A DNA stretch of 62,341 nt, filler included, from Caldilineae bacterium (GTDB lineage Bacteria; Chloroflexota; Anaerolineae; DTLA01): NCBI GenBank assembly GCA_037446815.1. It is 11 parts of 11 records of this genome, joined end to end, with 100 filler letters (N's around TTAATTAATTAA, not from the genome) between each part and the next. Parts side by side here need not be neighbours in the genome. Positions count along the whole stretch, not along the records: positions 45,774 to 51,258 come from JBBIHX010000188.1; positions 51,359 to 56,812 come from JBBIHX010000189.1; positions 56,913 to 62,341 come from JBBIHX010000190.1; 8 more parts are not named here. One strand, written 5' to 3'. The notes beneath the pieces are model-generated. The model was not told where the DNA came from. It ran no database searches and was given only the letters and a program-made list of their open reading frames with translations. Positions 47,969-57,047 of this stretch are shown here, in pieces. Made by a program: the position numbers and the translations under genes. The stretch's first letter is position 1, and the number at the start of each line of letters is the position of its first letter.

Positions 47969-47994
47969 GTGAGCGGAAAGCAGGTGAATTCCAT

Positions 47995-49836
47995 ATGGCC
48001 CGGTCCTTTAGCCTGCGGCGCATCCTCATCGGGCGGCCGCTGGCGACCGCACAAATGAAGCATGAGCGCCTGACCAAGGTCAAGGCGCTGGCGGTATTCT
48101 CCTCGGACGCGTTGTCCTCCGTTGCCTACGCAACCGAGGAAATCATGCTCATGCTCATCGTCGCGGGGAGCGCCGCCCTTGGGCTAGCGTGGCCCGTCGC
48201 GCTTGGCATTGCCGCGCTTCTGGTCATCGTCGCCTTCTCCTACTATCAGACCGTTCACGCATACCCGAAAGGCGGCGGCTCCTACATCGTGGCCCATGAA
48301 AACCTGGGCCAGTTGCCTGGACTTACGGCAGCCGCGGCCATCCTCACCGACTACGTGCTCACCGTTGCGGTGAGCATCACTGCGGGCGTGGCGGCCATCA
48401 CCTCGGCATTCCCGGTCTTGTACCCGCACAGGATTTTGCTGGCGCTGTTTTTCGTGGCGCTTATCATGACCCTGAACCTGCGCGGCGTGCGCGAGTCGGG
48501 CACCATCTTCTCGATCCCGACGTACCTATTCCTTGCGATCATGCTCGCCATGCTCGCCGTGGGGCTTTTCCGTTGGATCGTTGCCGGCATGCCCCCCGCG
48601 CAGCCCCCGCGCATAGATTACCCGGCAATGCAGGGACTCACCTTGTTCCTCATTCTGCGTGCTTTCTCCAGCGGGTGCGCCGCCCTGACGGGCATTGAGG
48701 CCATCGCCGATGGCGTGCCCGTTTTCAAGCCACCAGAGTCTGACAACGCGGGCAAGACGCTGATTGCCATGGCGACTTTGCTCGTTACCATGTTCCTAGG
48801 AATCACGTTTCTGGCGCACCAGTTTGGCATCGTCCCGGACGAGGCGACCCACGAGACGCTGGTCTCGCAACTGGGGCGATATGTGCTCGGCTCGGGTTCA
48901 CCCCTGTACTTTGCACTGCAAATCGCAACCATGCTGATTCTCATCCTGGCGGCCAACACCAGTTTCGCCGACTTCCCGCGCCTCTCGTCCATCCTGGCCC
49001 GCGACCGCTACATGCCGCACCAATTTGCCAACCTCGGCGACCGGCTGGTGTTCTCCAACGGAATCATCACGCTGGCGCTGGCTTCGTCGGCCCTGATTGT
49101 GATCTTCGGAGGCGTTACAACGCGGCTTATCCCGCTCTACGCCATCGGCGTATTCCTGTCCTTCACCCTTTCGCAGAGCGGCATGGTCGCCCGATGGTGG
49201 CGTCTGCGGACCCCGCACTGGCAGGTGAAAGCCGCCATCAACGGCCTGGGCGCCCTGGCAACCGGCGTGGTCCTTGTGGTCATCGCCGTTACCAAGTTTG
49301 CCCTGGGCGCCTGGATCGTGCTGCTATGGATTCCCATATTCATATCATTCTTCAGAGCGGTGCACCGCCATTACGAGAGAGTGGCCAAGCAACTGTCGCT
49401 GGAGAATCGCGGCAGCCTTCCACCGATACGTCGGCACCGCGTCATCGTGCCAGTGGCCGACGTCCACCGCGGCGTCATCGCCGCGCTCAACTACGCTCGC
49501 TCCATCTCCGACGACGTTACGGCGGTGTACGTGGAGGTGGACCCCGCCGAGACGCCGAAGATACAGCGAAAGTGGGCCGACTGGGGCGAAGGCGTCCGCT
49601 TGATTACGCTCAAGTCCGAATACCGCTCCATCATCGGGCCTTTGATTGACTATGTGGACAAGGTGGATGAGCCGAATCGCCGCGACCAGGTTGTAACCAT
49701 TGTCCTGCCACAGTTTGTTCCTGCGCGCCCCTGGCACAACCTCCTCCACAACCAGACGGCGATTCTCATTCACCTGGCCTTTGTATTCCGACGCGACGTC
49801 ATGGTAACCGACGTCCCATTCCATCTAGAAGAATAG
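47995..49836 (+). CDS. APC family permease, KimA/YdaO-like K+ importer
   Basis: LIGRPL, SSDALSSVAYATEE, YPKGGGSY, DYVLTVAVS, ALTGIEAI, LLHNQT; followed by two TrkA genes. Confidence 0.88.
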   Translation: MARSFSLRRILIGRPLATAQMKHERLTKVKALAVFSSDALSSVAYATEEIMLMLIVAGSAALGLAWPVALGIAALLVIVAFSYYQTVHAYPKGGGSYIVAHENLGQLPGLTAAAAILTDYVLTVAVSITAGVAAITSAFPVLYPHRILLALFFVALIMTLNLRGVRESGTIFSIPTYLFLAIMLAMLAVGLFRWIVAGMPPAQPPRIDYPAMQGLTLFLILRAFSSGCAALTGIEAIADGVPVFKPPESDNAGKTLIAMATLLVTMFLGITFLAHQFGIVPDEATHETLVSQLGRYVLGSGSPLYFALQIATMLILILAANTSFADFPRLSSILARDRYMPHQFANLGDRLVFSNGIITLALASSALIVIFGGVTTRLIPLYAIGVFLSFTLSQSGMVARWWRLRTPHWQVKAAINGLGALATGVVLVVIAVTKFALGAWIVLLWIPIFISFFRAVHRHYERVAKQLSLENRGSLPPIRRHRVIVPVADVHRGVIAALNYARSISDDVTAVYVEVDPAETPKIQRKWADWGEGVRLITLKSEYRSIIGPLIDYVDKVDEPNRRDQVVTIVLPQFVPARPWHNLLHNQTAILIHLAFVFRRDVMVTDVPFHLEE

Positions 49837-49849
49837 CGAGGCTGACTTC

Positions 49850-50518
49850 ATGAAGTTTATCGTTGTAGGATGTGGGCGCACCGGCGCTACCTTAGCCCAG
49901 TCGCTCTGTCGCAAGGGGCACACGGTCGCAGTCATTGACAAGGACGAGAGCGCCTTCTCCCGCTTGGGCCCAGGCTTCCGAGGACGCACGTATGAAGGCC
50001 TGGCGTTTGATCAAGGCGTCCTCCTGCGCGCAGGAATCCAGGAAGCCCACGGGCTTGCCGCCCTCACCAACGACGAGGCGGCCAATCTCATCGTATGCCG
50101 CATCGCCAAGCACTTCTTCCATGTGCCCCAAGTCGTTGCGCGGCTCTACGAACCGGAGCGGGCTGCCCTGTACAAGAGCATGGATGTCGCAACGGTGTCG
50201 TCGGTTACGTGGCGCGTGCTGCGAATAGAACAACTGTTGTGCCAGCCAACGCTCAGCATTGTGGGAACGCTGGGCAATGGCGAGGTGCAGGTTGTGGAGG
50301 TCCAGGCGACCGAAGGACTCATCGGGCGCACGGTGCGAGAATTCGTGCACCCAGGCCAAACCACGGATGTGGCCGTGCTCCACGGCGGCGCCGCGTCGCT
50401 GCCCACCATGGATACGCGGCTTGAGGAAGGCGATCGGTTGCGTCTCGCCGTCGTGTCCGAGTACCTGGACGAGTTTCAAGCCTGGCTGGAGCAGTTGAAG
50501 AAAGAGGGACTGTCATGA
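49850..50518 (+). CDS. TrkA family RCK potassium uptake protein
   Basis: VVGCGRTG Rossmann fold, TrkA_C domain. Confidence 0.9.
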   Translation: MKFIVVGCGRTGATLAQSLCRKGHTVAVIDKDESAFSRLGPGFRGRTYEGLAFDQGVLLRAGIQEAHGLAALTNDEAANLIVCRIAKHFFHVPQVVARLYEPERAALYKSMDVATVSSVTWRVLRIEQLLCQPTLSIVGTLGNGEVQVVEVQATEGLIGRTVREFVHPGQTTDVAVLHGGAASLPTMDTRLEEGDRLRLAVVSEYLDEFQAWLEQLKKEGLS

Positions 50519-51195
50519 ACGTTGTCATCATAGGCGGAGGCAAAGTAGGATCCTACCTGGCTTCATTGCTCCTGGAGGGGAAACACGACGTGCATATCGT
50601 GGAGAACCGTTCCCACGTGCTGGCCCGCCTGCACCGCGAACTCCCGACAGAGGTCATCGTGGATGGAGACGGGACGCGTCGCGAGACCTTGGCCCTGGCC
50701 CATGCCGAACGCGCCGATGTCCTCGTAACCGTTACCGGCGACGATGAGGTGAATCTCTTCATCGCCCTGATGGCAAAGACCCACTTCAAGGTCCCGCGCG
50801 TCATCGGGCGCATCAACAACCCACGAAACGCATGGCTGTTCACGCCCGATATGGGCGTGGATGTGGCCGTGAACCAGACAGACCTCCTGGCGAAACTCAT
50901 CCTGGAAGAGATGTCGCTGGGCGACATGATGATTCTCCTTCGGCTCCGCAAGGGCGAGATCTCGCTCGTTACGGAGAAACTGGAACCTGGCGCGCCCGCG
51001 GAGGGCAAGCGGGTGGCCGATTTGCCGCTGCCCAACGATTGCCTCTTGGTAGGCGCCATCCGCGGCGACGACATCCTGATGCCACGGGGCCACACCGTGC
51101 TCCAGGCCCACGATGAGATTCTCGCGCTGGTCCGCACGGAATCGTACACGGTATTTCGCAACCTGTTGGCCAGTCCATCCCGCGCCGAGGCATAG
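50515..51195 (+). CDS. TrkA family RCK potassium uptake protein
   Basis: IIGGGKVG, GDGT, TGDDEVN, RINNPRN. Confidence 0.92.
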   Translation: MNVVIIGGGKVGSYLASLLLEGKHDVHIVENRSHVLARLHRELPTEVIVDGDGTRRETLALAHAERADVLVTVTGDDEVNLFIALMAKTHFKVPRVIGRINNPRNAWLFTPDMGVDVAVNQTDLLAKLILEEMSLGDMMILLRLRKGEISLVTEKLEPGAPAEGKRVADLPLPNDCLLVGAIRGDDILMPRGHTVLQAHDEILALVRTESYTVFRNLLASPSRAEA

Positions 51196-51358
51196 CGGCA
51201 TTGCGTTTTGGCGGGATTCGTAACTCGGTTCCAAACTGTGAGGGCTGGGGTGAGGGCGNNNNNNNNNNNNNNNNNNNNNNNNNNNNNNNNNNNNNNNNNN
51301 NNTTAATTAATTAANNNNNNNNNNNNNNNNNNNNNNNNNNNNNNNNNNNNNNNNNNNN

Positions 51359-51523
51359 GGCGGTGGGGCGCGGGCGCCCGGCAACAGGCGTGGGCGCGGC
51401 AACCAGCGCGGCCTCGCGCTGCAGCGCCCGCGCGCCCGCCCAAATCAGCCCGGCCTCCACGACGAGCAGCACGGCGATGAGGGCGATGAGTACGTTTCGG
51501 TTGAGGTTGCGTAGTTTGGTCAT
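51359..51523 (-). CDS. membrane-anchored or secreted protein, N-terminal fragment
   Basis: MTKLRNLNRNVLIALIAVLLVVEAGLIW.., cut by the contig end. Confidence 0.55.
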
Positions 51524-51525
51524 TG

Positions 51526-51628
51526 TAGCAGCCTTTGGCCGTTAGCAATCAGCGATCAGCGGTCAGCGATCAGCAGTCAGCGGTCAGCGGATTACCGCTG
51601 GTGGCTGAACGCTGAATGCTGACCGCTA
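51526..51628. repeat. inverted heptamer array spanning TAG stop to the next start
   Basis: About 9 YAGCNRT units, a spacer, then about 4 inverted units; begins on the TAG stop of the TolB-like gene. Confidence 0.9.
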
Positions 51629-52813
51629 CTGTGTTGGCCTCCACACGGCAAGCCCCTCCATGCCCGGGTTGTCCGGGAATGCGAACAGCGCGCCGGTCTT
51701 CGTGTCCAGAATCCACAGGTTGCCGTCCGGCAGGTAGCCCTGCCCTTGCCAGACGAGCGTGTAGGACAAGTAATGCCCATCGGGCGACCACGCCAGGAAC
51801 TGCGGCGAGGACTCCGGGCTGCCGCCGATGGGGAACGCCGTGGCCGCTCCATCCTCCAGCGTGTGGATGTACAGGGTGTGCGCGCCTTCGCTCTCGCTCC
51901 ATACGATGCTGGCCAGCCGCGCGCCATCCGGCGACCAGGCCAAGTCCATGACGTAGCCCCGGTCCAGGAGCGCATAGCCGCCTGTCCCATCGGGCCGCAC
52001 CAGCCGCACGCCGTTGCCTTTCTCCACGTCCGTGTACGCCAGCCACTCGCCCGTCGGCGACCAGCGAACTGTCGTGGCTTCGGGGATGAGCAGGGACAGC
52101 GCCCGCTCGCTCACGTTGTACAGCCAGGCGGCCGTCGGCACTTGCTCCGGCAGGGTCGGCGCGCGACCTGCGGGCGCATAGGCCACCGCGTTGGGAGCGA
52201 CGAAAGCCAACGAGGTGCCATCGGGCGACCAACTTATCGCCACGGCGCTGACGGTTAGCGTGAGCGGGTGGGTTTCGGTGGCCAGCGTCGCGACGTTGGC
52301 GATGATGAGTTCGCCGGTAATGGGGCCGCCTTCCCGGCCGGGGAACACGGTGCGCAGCCACGCGACGCGCCGCCCGTCGGGAGACCAGGCCGGCTCGGCC
52401 CATCCGAAGCCCGACGCCTCGCCCAATTGTCGCTCCACCGGCTTGTCGCCCTCCAGGGTCATCAGATACACGCCGCCGACAGAAGCCCGGCCGCCCCTTG
52501 TGGAAACCTGCGTCGCCAGCCGCACGAAGGCCAGCATCTTGCCGTCGGGCGACCAAGTTGCGAAAGCCTCGTTCTCGGGCGTCTGGGTCAGCGGCTTGAT
52601 GCGCTGGCCCGCGGCGTCGGACAGGAACAGATCCAGTTGGCCCTCGGTGCCGACGGCAACGTAGGCGATTTGCCGCGTGGCCTGCCCACCCGACGGCGGC
52701 CGCAGCCACAGGTACGCCACGCCCGCGGCCGTGAGGATCACGCACACGCCCAGCGCCACGACGATGCGGGCGAGGAGGGTGTTCAGTTTCTCTGGCGTAA
52801 CATCACTGCTCAT
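51626..52813 (-). CDS. membrane-anchored TolB-like (PD40) beta-propeller protein
   Basis: N-terminal TM; six WSPDG/WSPTG repeats. Confidence 0.9.
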   Translation of the reverse strand: MSSDVTPEKLNTLLARIVVALGVCVILTAAGVAYLWLRPPSGGQATRQIAYVAVGTEGQLDLFLSDAAGQRIKPLTQTPENEAFATWSPDGKMLAFVRLATQVSTRGGRASVGGVYLMTLEGDKPVERQLGEASGFGWAEPAWSPDGRRVAWLRTVFPGREGGPITGELIIANVATLATETHPLTLTVSAVAISWSPDGTSLAFVAPNAVAYAPAGRAPTLPEQVPTAAWLYNVSERALSLLIPEATTVRWSPTGEWLAYTDVEKGNGVRLVRPDGTGGYALLDRGYVMDLAWSPDGARLASIVWSESEGAHTLYIHTLEDGAATAFPIGGSPESSPQFLAWSPDGHYLSYTLVWQGQGYLPDGNLWILDTKTGALFAFPDNPGMEGLAVWRPTQ

Positions 52814-52838
52814 AGCCGTCAGCAATCAGCAATCGGCA
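52813..52838. repeat. heptamer array, 3' arm flanking the four-helix-bundle gene
   Basis: Plus strand TAGCCGT CAGCAAT CAGCAAT CGGCA. Confidence 0.8.
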
Positions 52839-53221
52839 TCAATGTTCACTTGCCCACGGTCTTCTTTCATGCCTCTCAGCGTTTGCAGAAATGACGTGAG
52901 CATGCGCTTGACCTCTATGACTCGCTCCTCAAGTTGCTTGTGTTCCGATTCACCCAGAAGACCCAGGTCGCGTGCGAGCAGAAAGTGGTACTCCGTTTCG
53001 CTCGCCGAGCCCATCGCGATTTGGACAAAGCGGGCAAGCTCGGCATCGCCGCTTCTGCCGCAACCCTCCGCCAGATTGGCGGCGATTGAAGCAGAGGCCC
53101 GCCTGATCTGACTGGTCAGTCCATAGGTCTCTGTCTTCGGGAACTCTGCTGTCGCTCTGTAAACCGCTATCGTCAATTCGTGCGCCTTGTGCCACACCTT
53201 CAGCGTCCGGAAATCTCGCAC
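52826..53221 (-). CDS. four helix bundle protein (23S rRNA IVS protein / Avd-like)
   Basis: DFRTLKVWHKAH, FPKTETYGLTSQIRRASASIAANLAEGCGR, IAMGSASETEY; SD AAGGAGGT. Confidence 0.95.
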   Translation of the reverse strand: MRDFRTLKVWHKAHELTIAVYRATAEFPKTETYGLTSQIRRASASIAANLAEGCGRSGDAELARFVQIAMGSASETEYHFLLARDLGLLGESEHKQLEERVIEVKRMLTSFLQTLRGMKEDRGQVNIDADC

Positions 53222-53267
53222 ACCCACCTCCTTGAGCAATTCACTGCCGGCCCTCATCCATCCGGGT

Positions 53268-53313
53268 GCTGATTGCTGATGGCTGACGGCTGATGGCTGA
53301 CCGCTGACTGCTA
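53268..53313. repeat. heptamer array, 5' arm flanking the four-helix-bundle gene
   Basis: Minus strand TAGCAGT CAGCGGT CAGCCAT CAGCCGT CAGCCAT CAGCAAT CAGC. Confidence 0.9.
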
Positions 53314-55758
53314 GTAGTGATACTGCCTGCTCGCCGTGATGAGCGCCAGGTTGACGATTTGGCCGACTTTGCCGATGTGGCTTGCCTGGGCGTCGTCGGG
53401 CGAGCCGCCGCGGAACGCGCTGGGCGCCTGATGCCATGCCAGCGTCGCCGACTTGTCGGCCAGTTCGGCGCAATAGGCGTGGGCGCAGGCCGTGCCCCTG
53501 AGCACCGAAGCGCCGGTAACTTGCGCGCTGCGCTTGAGCAATTCGCTCAACGTGTTGCTCTTGGCCTCGGCGAGGAGCGGGTCTTCACCGCTGCCCACGC
53601 TGCCTAGGTGAATCACCGCGTTGCGCTCCAACGAGCGATAGGGCGTGAACTCGGCCAGATATGTCTGCGCGCCGCTGGTCTCCGAATAGCCCGCGGCCCA
53701 GATGTTGAACAGCACGGTGCGGCGCGGCTTGAACTGCTCGGCGTGCCACAGGCGGGCGATCTCCAGCAGGATGCCCACGCCGGCGGGGCCGTCGCTTGCG
53801 GACACGAACGGGTGGCCCGGATTCGGCTCGGGCATGTCGTAGTGCGTGGACACGACCAGCGCCTCCTTGTCCAGCGACGTGTCGTTTCCGGGCAGGATGC
53901 CGAGGACGTTGTATCCCGTGCGCTCCTGCGGCTCGCCCAGTTCCACCCGAACGCGCACCTGCATCGGCAGCGGCTGGGCGAACCACGGCTTGTCGGGCGA
54001 GGCCGCCCCGAACGCGTCCGCCTGCGCCTGCAAGTCGGCCACGGTATAGCCCGCCGGTTGCAGCAGGCGGTCGGCGGCCTCGGGGCGGACGTGCAGGATG
54101 GGGAACGTCGGCTTTTCCATGAAGCCGAATTCGCCCGCGGCCCAGTCGGTGTGCGGCGCGGCGTCCTCGGTAACGATGAGGATGGCCTGCGCGCCGCGGA
54201 TTAGGGCCTCGGTGTCAAAGGCCGCGGGCATGTTCTGGCCCAGCACAAGGACGATTTGCCCGCGCAGGTCTAGCCCGCGGAATTCGGGATACCGCACGTT
54301 CTGGCGCGCGAAGCCGACAAAGGTCAGCGGCGCCTGGGCGCTGCCGGAACCGCCGTGCCGATACACCTGCTCGCCAAAGTCCGCGCCGTGCGCCAGGGCG
54401 ACGGTATGCCCGGCTGTCTGGGCCTCCAGAATCGGCACGCTGAGGCGCGGGGCCACCATGCGGACAAGCGGCTGCAGGAATTCCTGGCCGCCTGCCGCGG
54501 GCAACACACCGTAGGCTTCCATCTGCTCGGCGATGTACTCGGCGGCGGCGCGCGCTCCCTCGGTGCCGAAGCCGGGGTCGCCCTGCTGAAGTTCCACGAT
54601 GCGCGCCGCGTGTTCCAGCGCGTGCTCCGCGCTGAACTGGCTTGCCAGTTTCGCGTAGGACACGCCCGGACTGATTTGGCTGACAATGTACCAAGTGAGT
54701 AGGGTGATGGCCGCGACGACCACGACCATGCGCTTGGAGATGATGGCCGCAGTGTTCACCCCGGCCTCGCGCACGATTCTGCGCAGGCCCTCGCCCGTGA
54801 GGTTGAACCCCAGGACGGCCACGAAGAAGGCCATGGCCGGCCAGAACACCATCCACGGCGATGTGCGGATGTAGGCGCGGGCGCCCGCCAGCATGGCGCC
54901 CCATTCGGGCACGTCGGCGATGGCCACCGTCCCGCCGAACCCCTCGGTCTGCGCGCCGCCGCCGATGAACACGCCCACGAATCCCAGTTCGCCCAGGATC
55001 ATCAGCACGGCGCCCATCTCCAGGAGCGCCAGCACCACCAACGCGGGCAGGACATTGGGCAAGATGTGCCGCACGATGATGCCCGTCTCGGTCAGGCCGA
55101 TGACCCGCGCCCCCTCCACAAAGGGCTTCTGGCGCAGGCTCACGAACTCGCTGCGGATGTACTGGGCGATCTCGCCCCAGCCCACCAGACACAACGCGAT
55201 GAGGAACGCCGACAGCCCCTTGCGGATGTCCAGCGCCAGGATGAGAATCATGCCGGTCAGCAGCATGGGCAGCGACGACAGAATCTCCACCATCCCCATG
55301 ATGACGCGATCCGCCAGGCCGCCGGCGCGCCATCCGGCGATGGCCCCCAACCCGAATCCTAGCAGCAGCCGCGCCATCGCCACGAACAGGCACGCCACCA
55401 GGGTGTTGCGCGCGCCGTACAGGAGCAGGCTCAGCACGTCGCGCCCCCACTGGTCTGACCCCAGCGGGAACTCCGCGGAGGGCGGGAACGGCGGGAAGAC
55501 CAATTGGCCGTTGATCATCTCGGACGAGCGCTGGGCCGAGAGGTACGGGTTCTGCGACGCGAAGCGCGGCCCGACGACGGCCACGGCCAGCAGGAACAGC
55601 ACGATGAGCATGCCCGCCACGAACGGGAAGTTCATCGTGATGAGCCGCCAGCGGAACCGCCCCGTGCGGATGGTGGTGTCGGGCGCGGTGCTGTTGCGCC
55701 TCTTGCGTATACGTTCCAGAGCGTCCGAAAGTCGTAACATACCGAAGCCTTCAGCCAT
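53311..55758 (-). CDS. fusion protein: DppC-like permease, PA domain, degenerate M28 domain (start may be 55740)
   Basis: LGSDQWGRD, FVEGARVIG, PEWGAM; LDLRGQIVL PA motif; STHYD, PRRTVLF. Confidence 0.88.
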   Translation of the reverse strand: MAEGFGMLRLSDALERIRKRRNSTAPDTTIRTGRFRWRLITMNFPFVAGMLIVLFLLAVAVVGPRFASQNPYLSAQRSSEMINGQLVFPPFPPSAEFPLGSDQWGRDVLSLLLYGARNTLVACLFVAMARLLLGFGLGAIAGWRAGGLADRVIMGMVEILSSLPMLLTGMILILALDIRKGLSAFLIALCLVGWGEIAQYIRSEFVSLRQKPFVEGARVIGLTETGIIVRHILPNVLPALVVLALLEMGAVLMILGELGFVGVFIGGGAQTEGFGGTVAIADVPEWGAMLAGARAYIRTSPWMVFWPAMAFFVAVLGFNLTGEGLRRIVREAGVNTAAIISKRMVVVVAAITLLTWYIVSQISPGVSYAKLASQFSAEHALEHAARIVELQQGDPGFGTEGARAAAEYIAEQMEAYGVLPAAGGQEFLQPLVRMVAPRLSVPILEAQTAGHTVALAHGADFGEQVYRHGGSGSAQAPLTFVGFARQNVRYPEFRGLDLRGQIVLVLGQNMPAAFDTEALIRGAQAILIVTEDAAPHTDWAAGEFGFMEKPTFPILHVRPEAADRLLQPAGYTVADLQAQADAFGAASPDKPWFAQPLPMQVRVRVELGEPQERTGYNVLGILPGNDTSLDKEALVVSTHYDMPEPNPGHPFVSASDGPAGVGILLEIARLWHAEQFKPRRTVLFNIWAAGYSETSGAQTYLAEFTPYRSLERNAVIHLGSVGSGEDPLLAEAKSNTLSELLKRSAQVTGASVLRGTACAHAYCAELADKSATLAWHQAPSAFRGGSPDDAQASHIGKVGQIVNLALITASRQYHY

Positions 55759-55816
55759 CAGCCTTCAGCCGTCAGCAAAAGTTTCCTGATCGCTGACCGC
55801 TGATGGCTGACCGCTA
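55746..55816. repeat. inverted heptamer array between dppB and dppC-M28
   Basis: Minus strand TAGCGGT CAGCCAT CAGCGGT CAGCGAT CAG...GCTGACG GCTGAAG GCTGATG GCTGAAG GCT. Confidence 0.9.
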
Positions 55817-56737
55817 AATCTCTCGTTGCTTCAATCGTGGATCCACATACCGATATGAAATATCCAGCAGTACGTTCACGAGCATAAACGTTAGCCCGAT
55901 GACCAGCGCCATGCCCGCCACGCCGATGTCCTGGCGGTTGCGGATGGCGTCCAACAGGGCCGCGCCAATGCCCGGCCAGCCCAGGAAGTACTCCACCACG
56001 GGCAGGCTTCCCAGCGAGAATCGCAGCGACACTCCCAGCGCCGTCAGGACGGGAACGGCGGCGTTCGGATAGGCGTGGCCGCGCGTTACCATGGTATCGT
56101 ACAGGCCCTTGGCGTGGGCGGTGCGGATGTAGTCCTGCTCCAGAATCTCCGAGAAGGTCATGTAGGCGATGCGGGCGAGATGCGCGAGGGGCCGGGCCGC
56201 CAGCACCAGCGTCGGGATGACGAGATGCGCGTCCCACCCGAATCCCCCGACCGGAACCAACCGCACGCCCGTGGCCCGGAACCAGTAGATTTCCGCAATC
56301 TGGAGCAGGGCCGCGGCGAAGAAACTGGGCACCGACACGCCGATGAGCGTGGCCGTCATCGTGCCGAGCGACACCGGCGAGCGGCGATGGATGGCGGCGA
56401 ACACGCCCACAGGGATGCCGATGAGCCCGGCCACGAGGAGGGAGATGAGCAGTAGCCCCATGCTCTTCGGGTAGGCATCGCCGATCATCTGGGCCACGCT
56501 CACCTGCCGCGAGGAGCGCCCCGAGCGCACGGTGATGGTGCCCATGTCGCCGCGCAGGAGGTTGCCCACGTAGTCCACCGTGGATGTCCAGGCGTATTCG
56601 GCGGCCGGGAGCGGGTTGTACGAAGGCGCGGGCGATGTGGAATTGCGCGCCATGCGCATCCCGAAGAACGCGAAGAACACGATCCCAAGGCTGACCGCTA
56701 GGGTGAACGCCAGACGTCTGATCGCGAATCGGAGCAT
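55814..56737 (-). CDS. DppB/OppB-like ABC permease
   Basis: DYIRTAHAKGL EAA motif, VVEYFLGWPGIG, YRYVDPRL. Confidence 0.93.
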   Translation of the reverse strand: MLRFAIRRLAFTLAVSLGIVFFAFFGMRMARNSTSPAPSYNPLPAAEYAWTSTVDYVGNLLRGDMGTITVRSGRSSRQVSVAQMIGDAYPKSMGLLLISLLVAGLIGIPVGVFAAIHRRSPVSLGTMTATLIGVSVPSFFAAALLQIAEIYWFRATGVRLVPVGGFGWDAHLVIPTLVLAARPLAHLARIAYMTFSEILEQDYIRTAHAKGLYDTMVTRGHAYPNAAVPVLTALGVSLRFSLGSLPVVEYFLGWPGIGAALLDAIRNRQDIGVAGMALVIGLTFMLVNVLLDISYRYVDPRLKQREI

Positions 56738-56767
56738 TGGCTTCTCTTCTGGACTGACCTTTCGCCT

Positions 56768-56796
56768 AGTATACGCCGAACGGCGTCTGTGGGCAA
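56768..56796 (-). promoter_or_regulatory. promoter directly upstream of dppB
   Basis: Minus strand TTGCCC-17-TATACT. Confidence 0.55.
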
Positions 56797-56974
56797 AGGC
56801 GGTTACAACAAGNNNNNNNNNNNNNNNNNNNNNNNNNNNNNNNNNNNNNNNNNNNNTTAATTAATTAANNNNNNNNNNNNNNNNNNNNNNNNNNNNNNNN
56901 NNNNNNNNNNNNTTGCGAGATTCTTCGCGGCTGCGCCGCTCAGAATGACAGTTCACGGGGCGGTTCGCGGCGAT

Positions 56975-57003
56975 TTGACCCGACGCCGCCCTTTGCCTAC
57001 AAT
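56975..57003 (+). promoter_or_regulatory. promoter of the amidohydrolase gene
   Basis: TTGACC-17-TACAAT. Confidence 0.6.
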
Positions 57004-57047
57004 GGCCCTAACCGCTTGCAGACCCGCACACCCAACGGAGGGGGACC

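Noticed and set aside
47921..47994. c-di-AMP (ydaO) riboswitch before the kimA-like gene
   Set aside because: Leader too short and the conserved motifs are not seen
52826..53221. DGR (Avd) or rRNA intervening sequence
   Set aside because: No reverse transcriptase, TR/VR pair or rRNA on this contig
5716..56912. Recurrent TTAATTAATTAA motif at about 5.6-kb spacing
   Set aside because: Artificial six-frame stop linker between contigs; cross-linker gene neighbourhoods are meaningless
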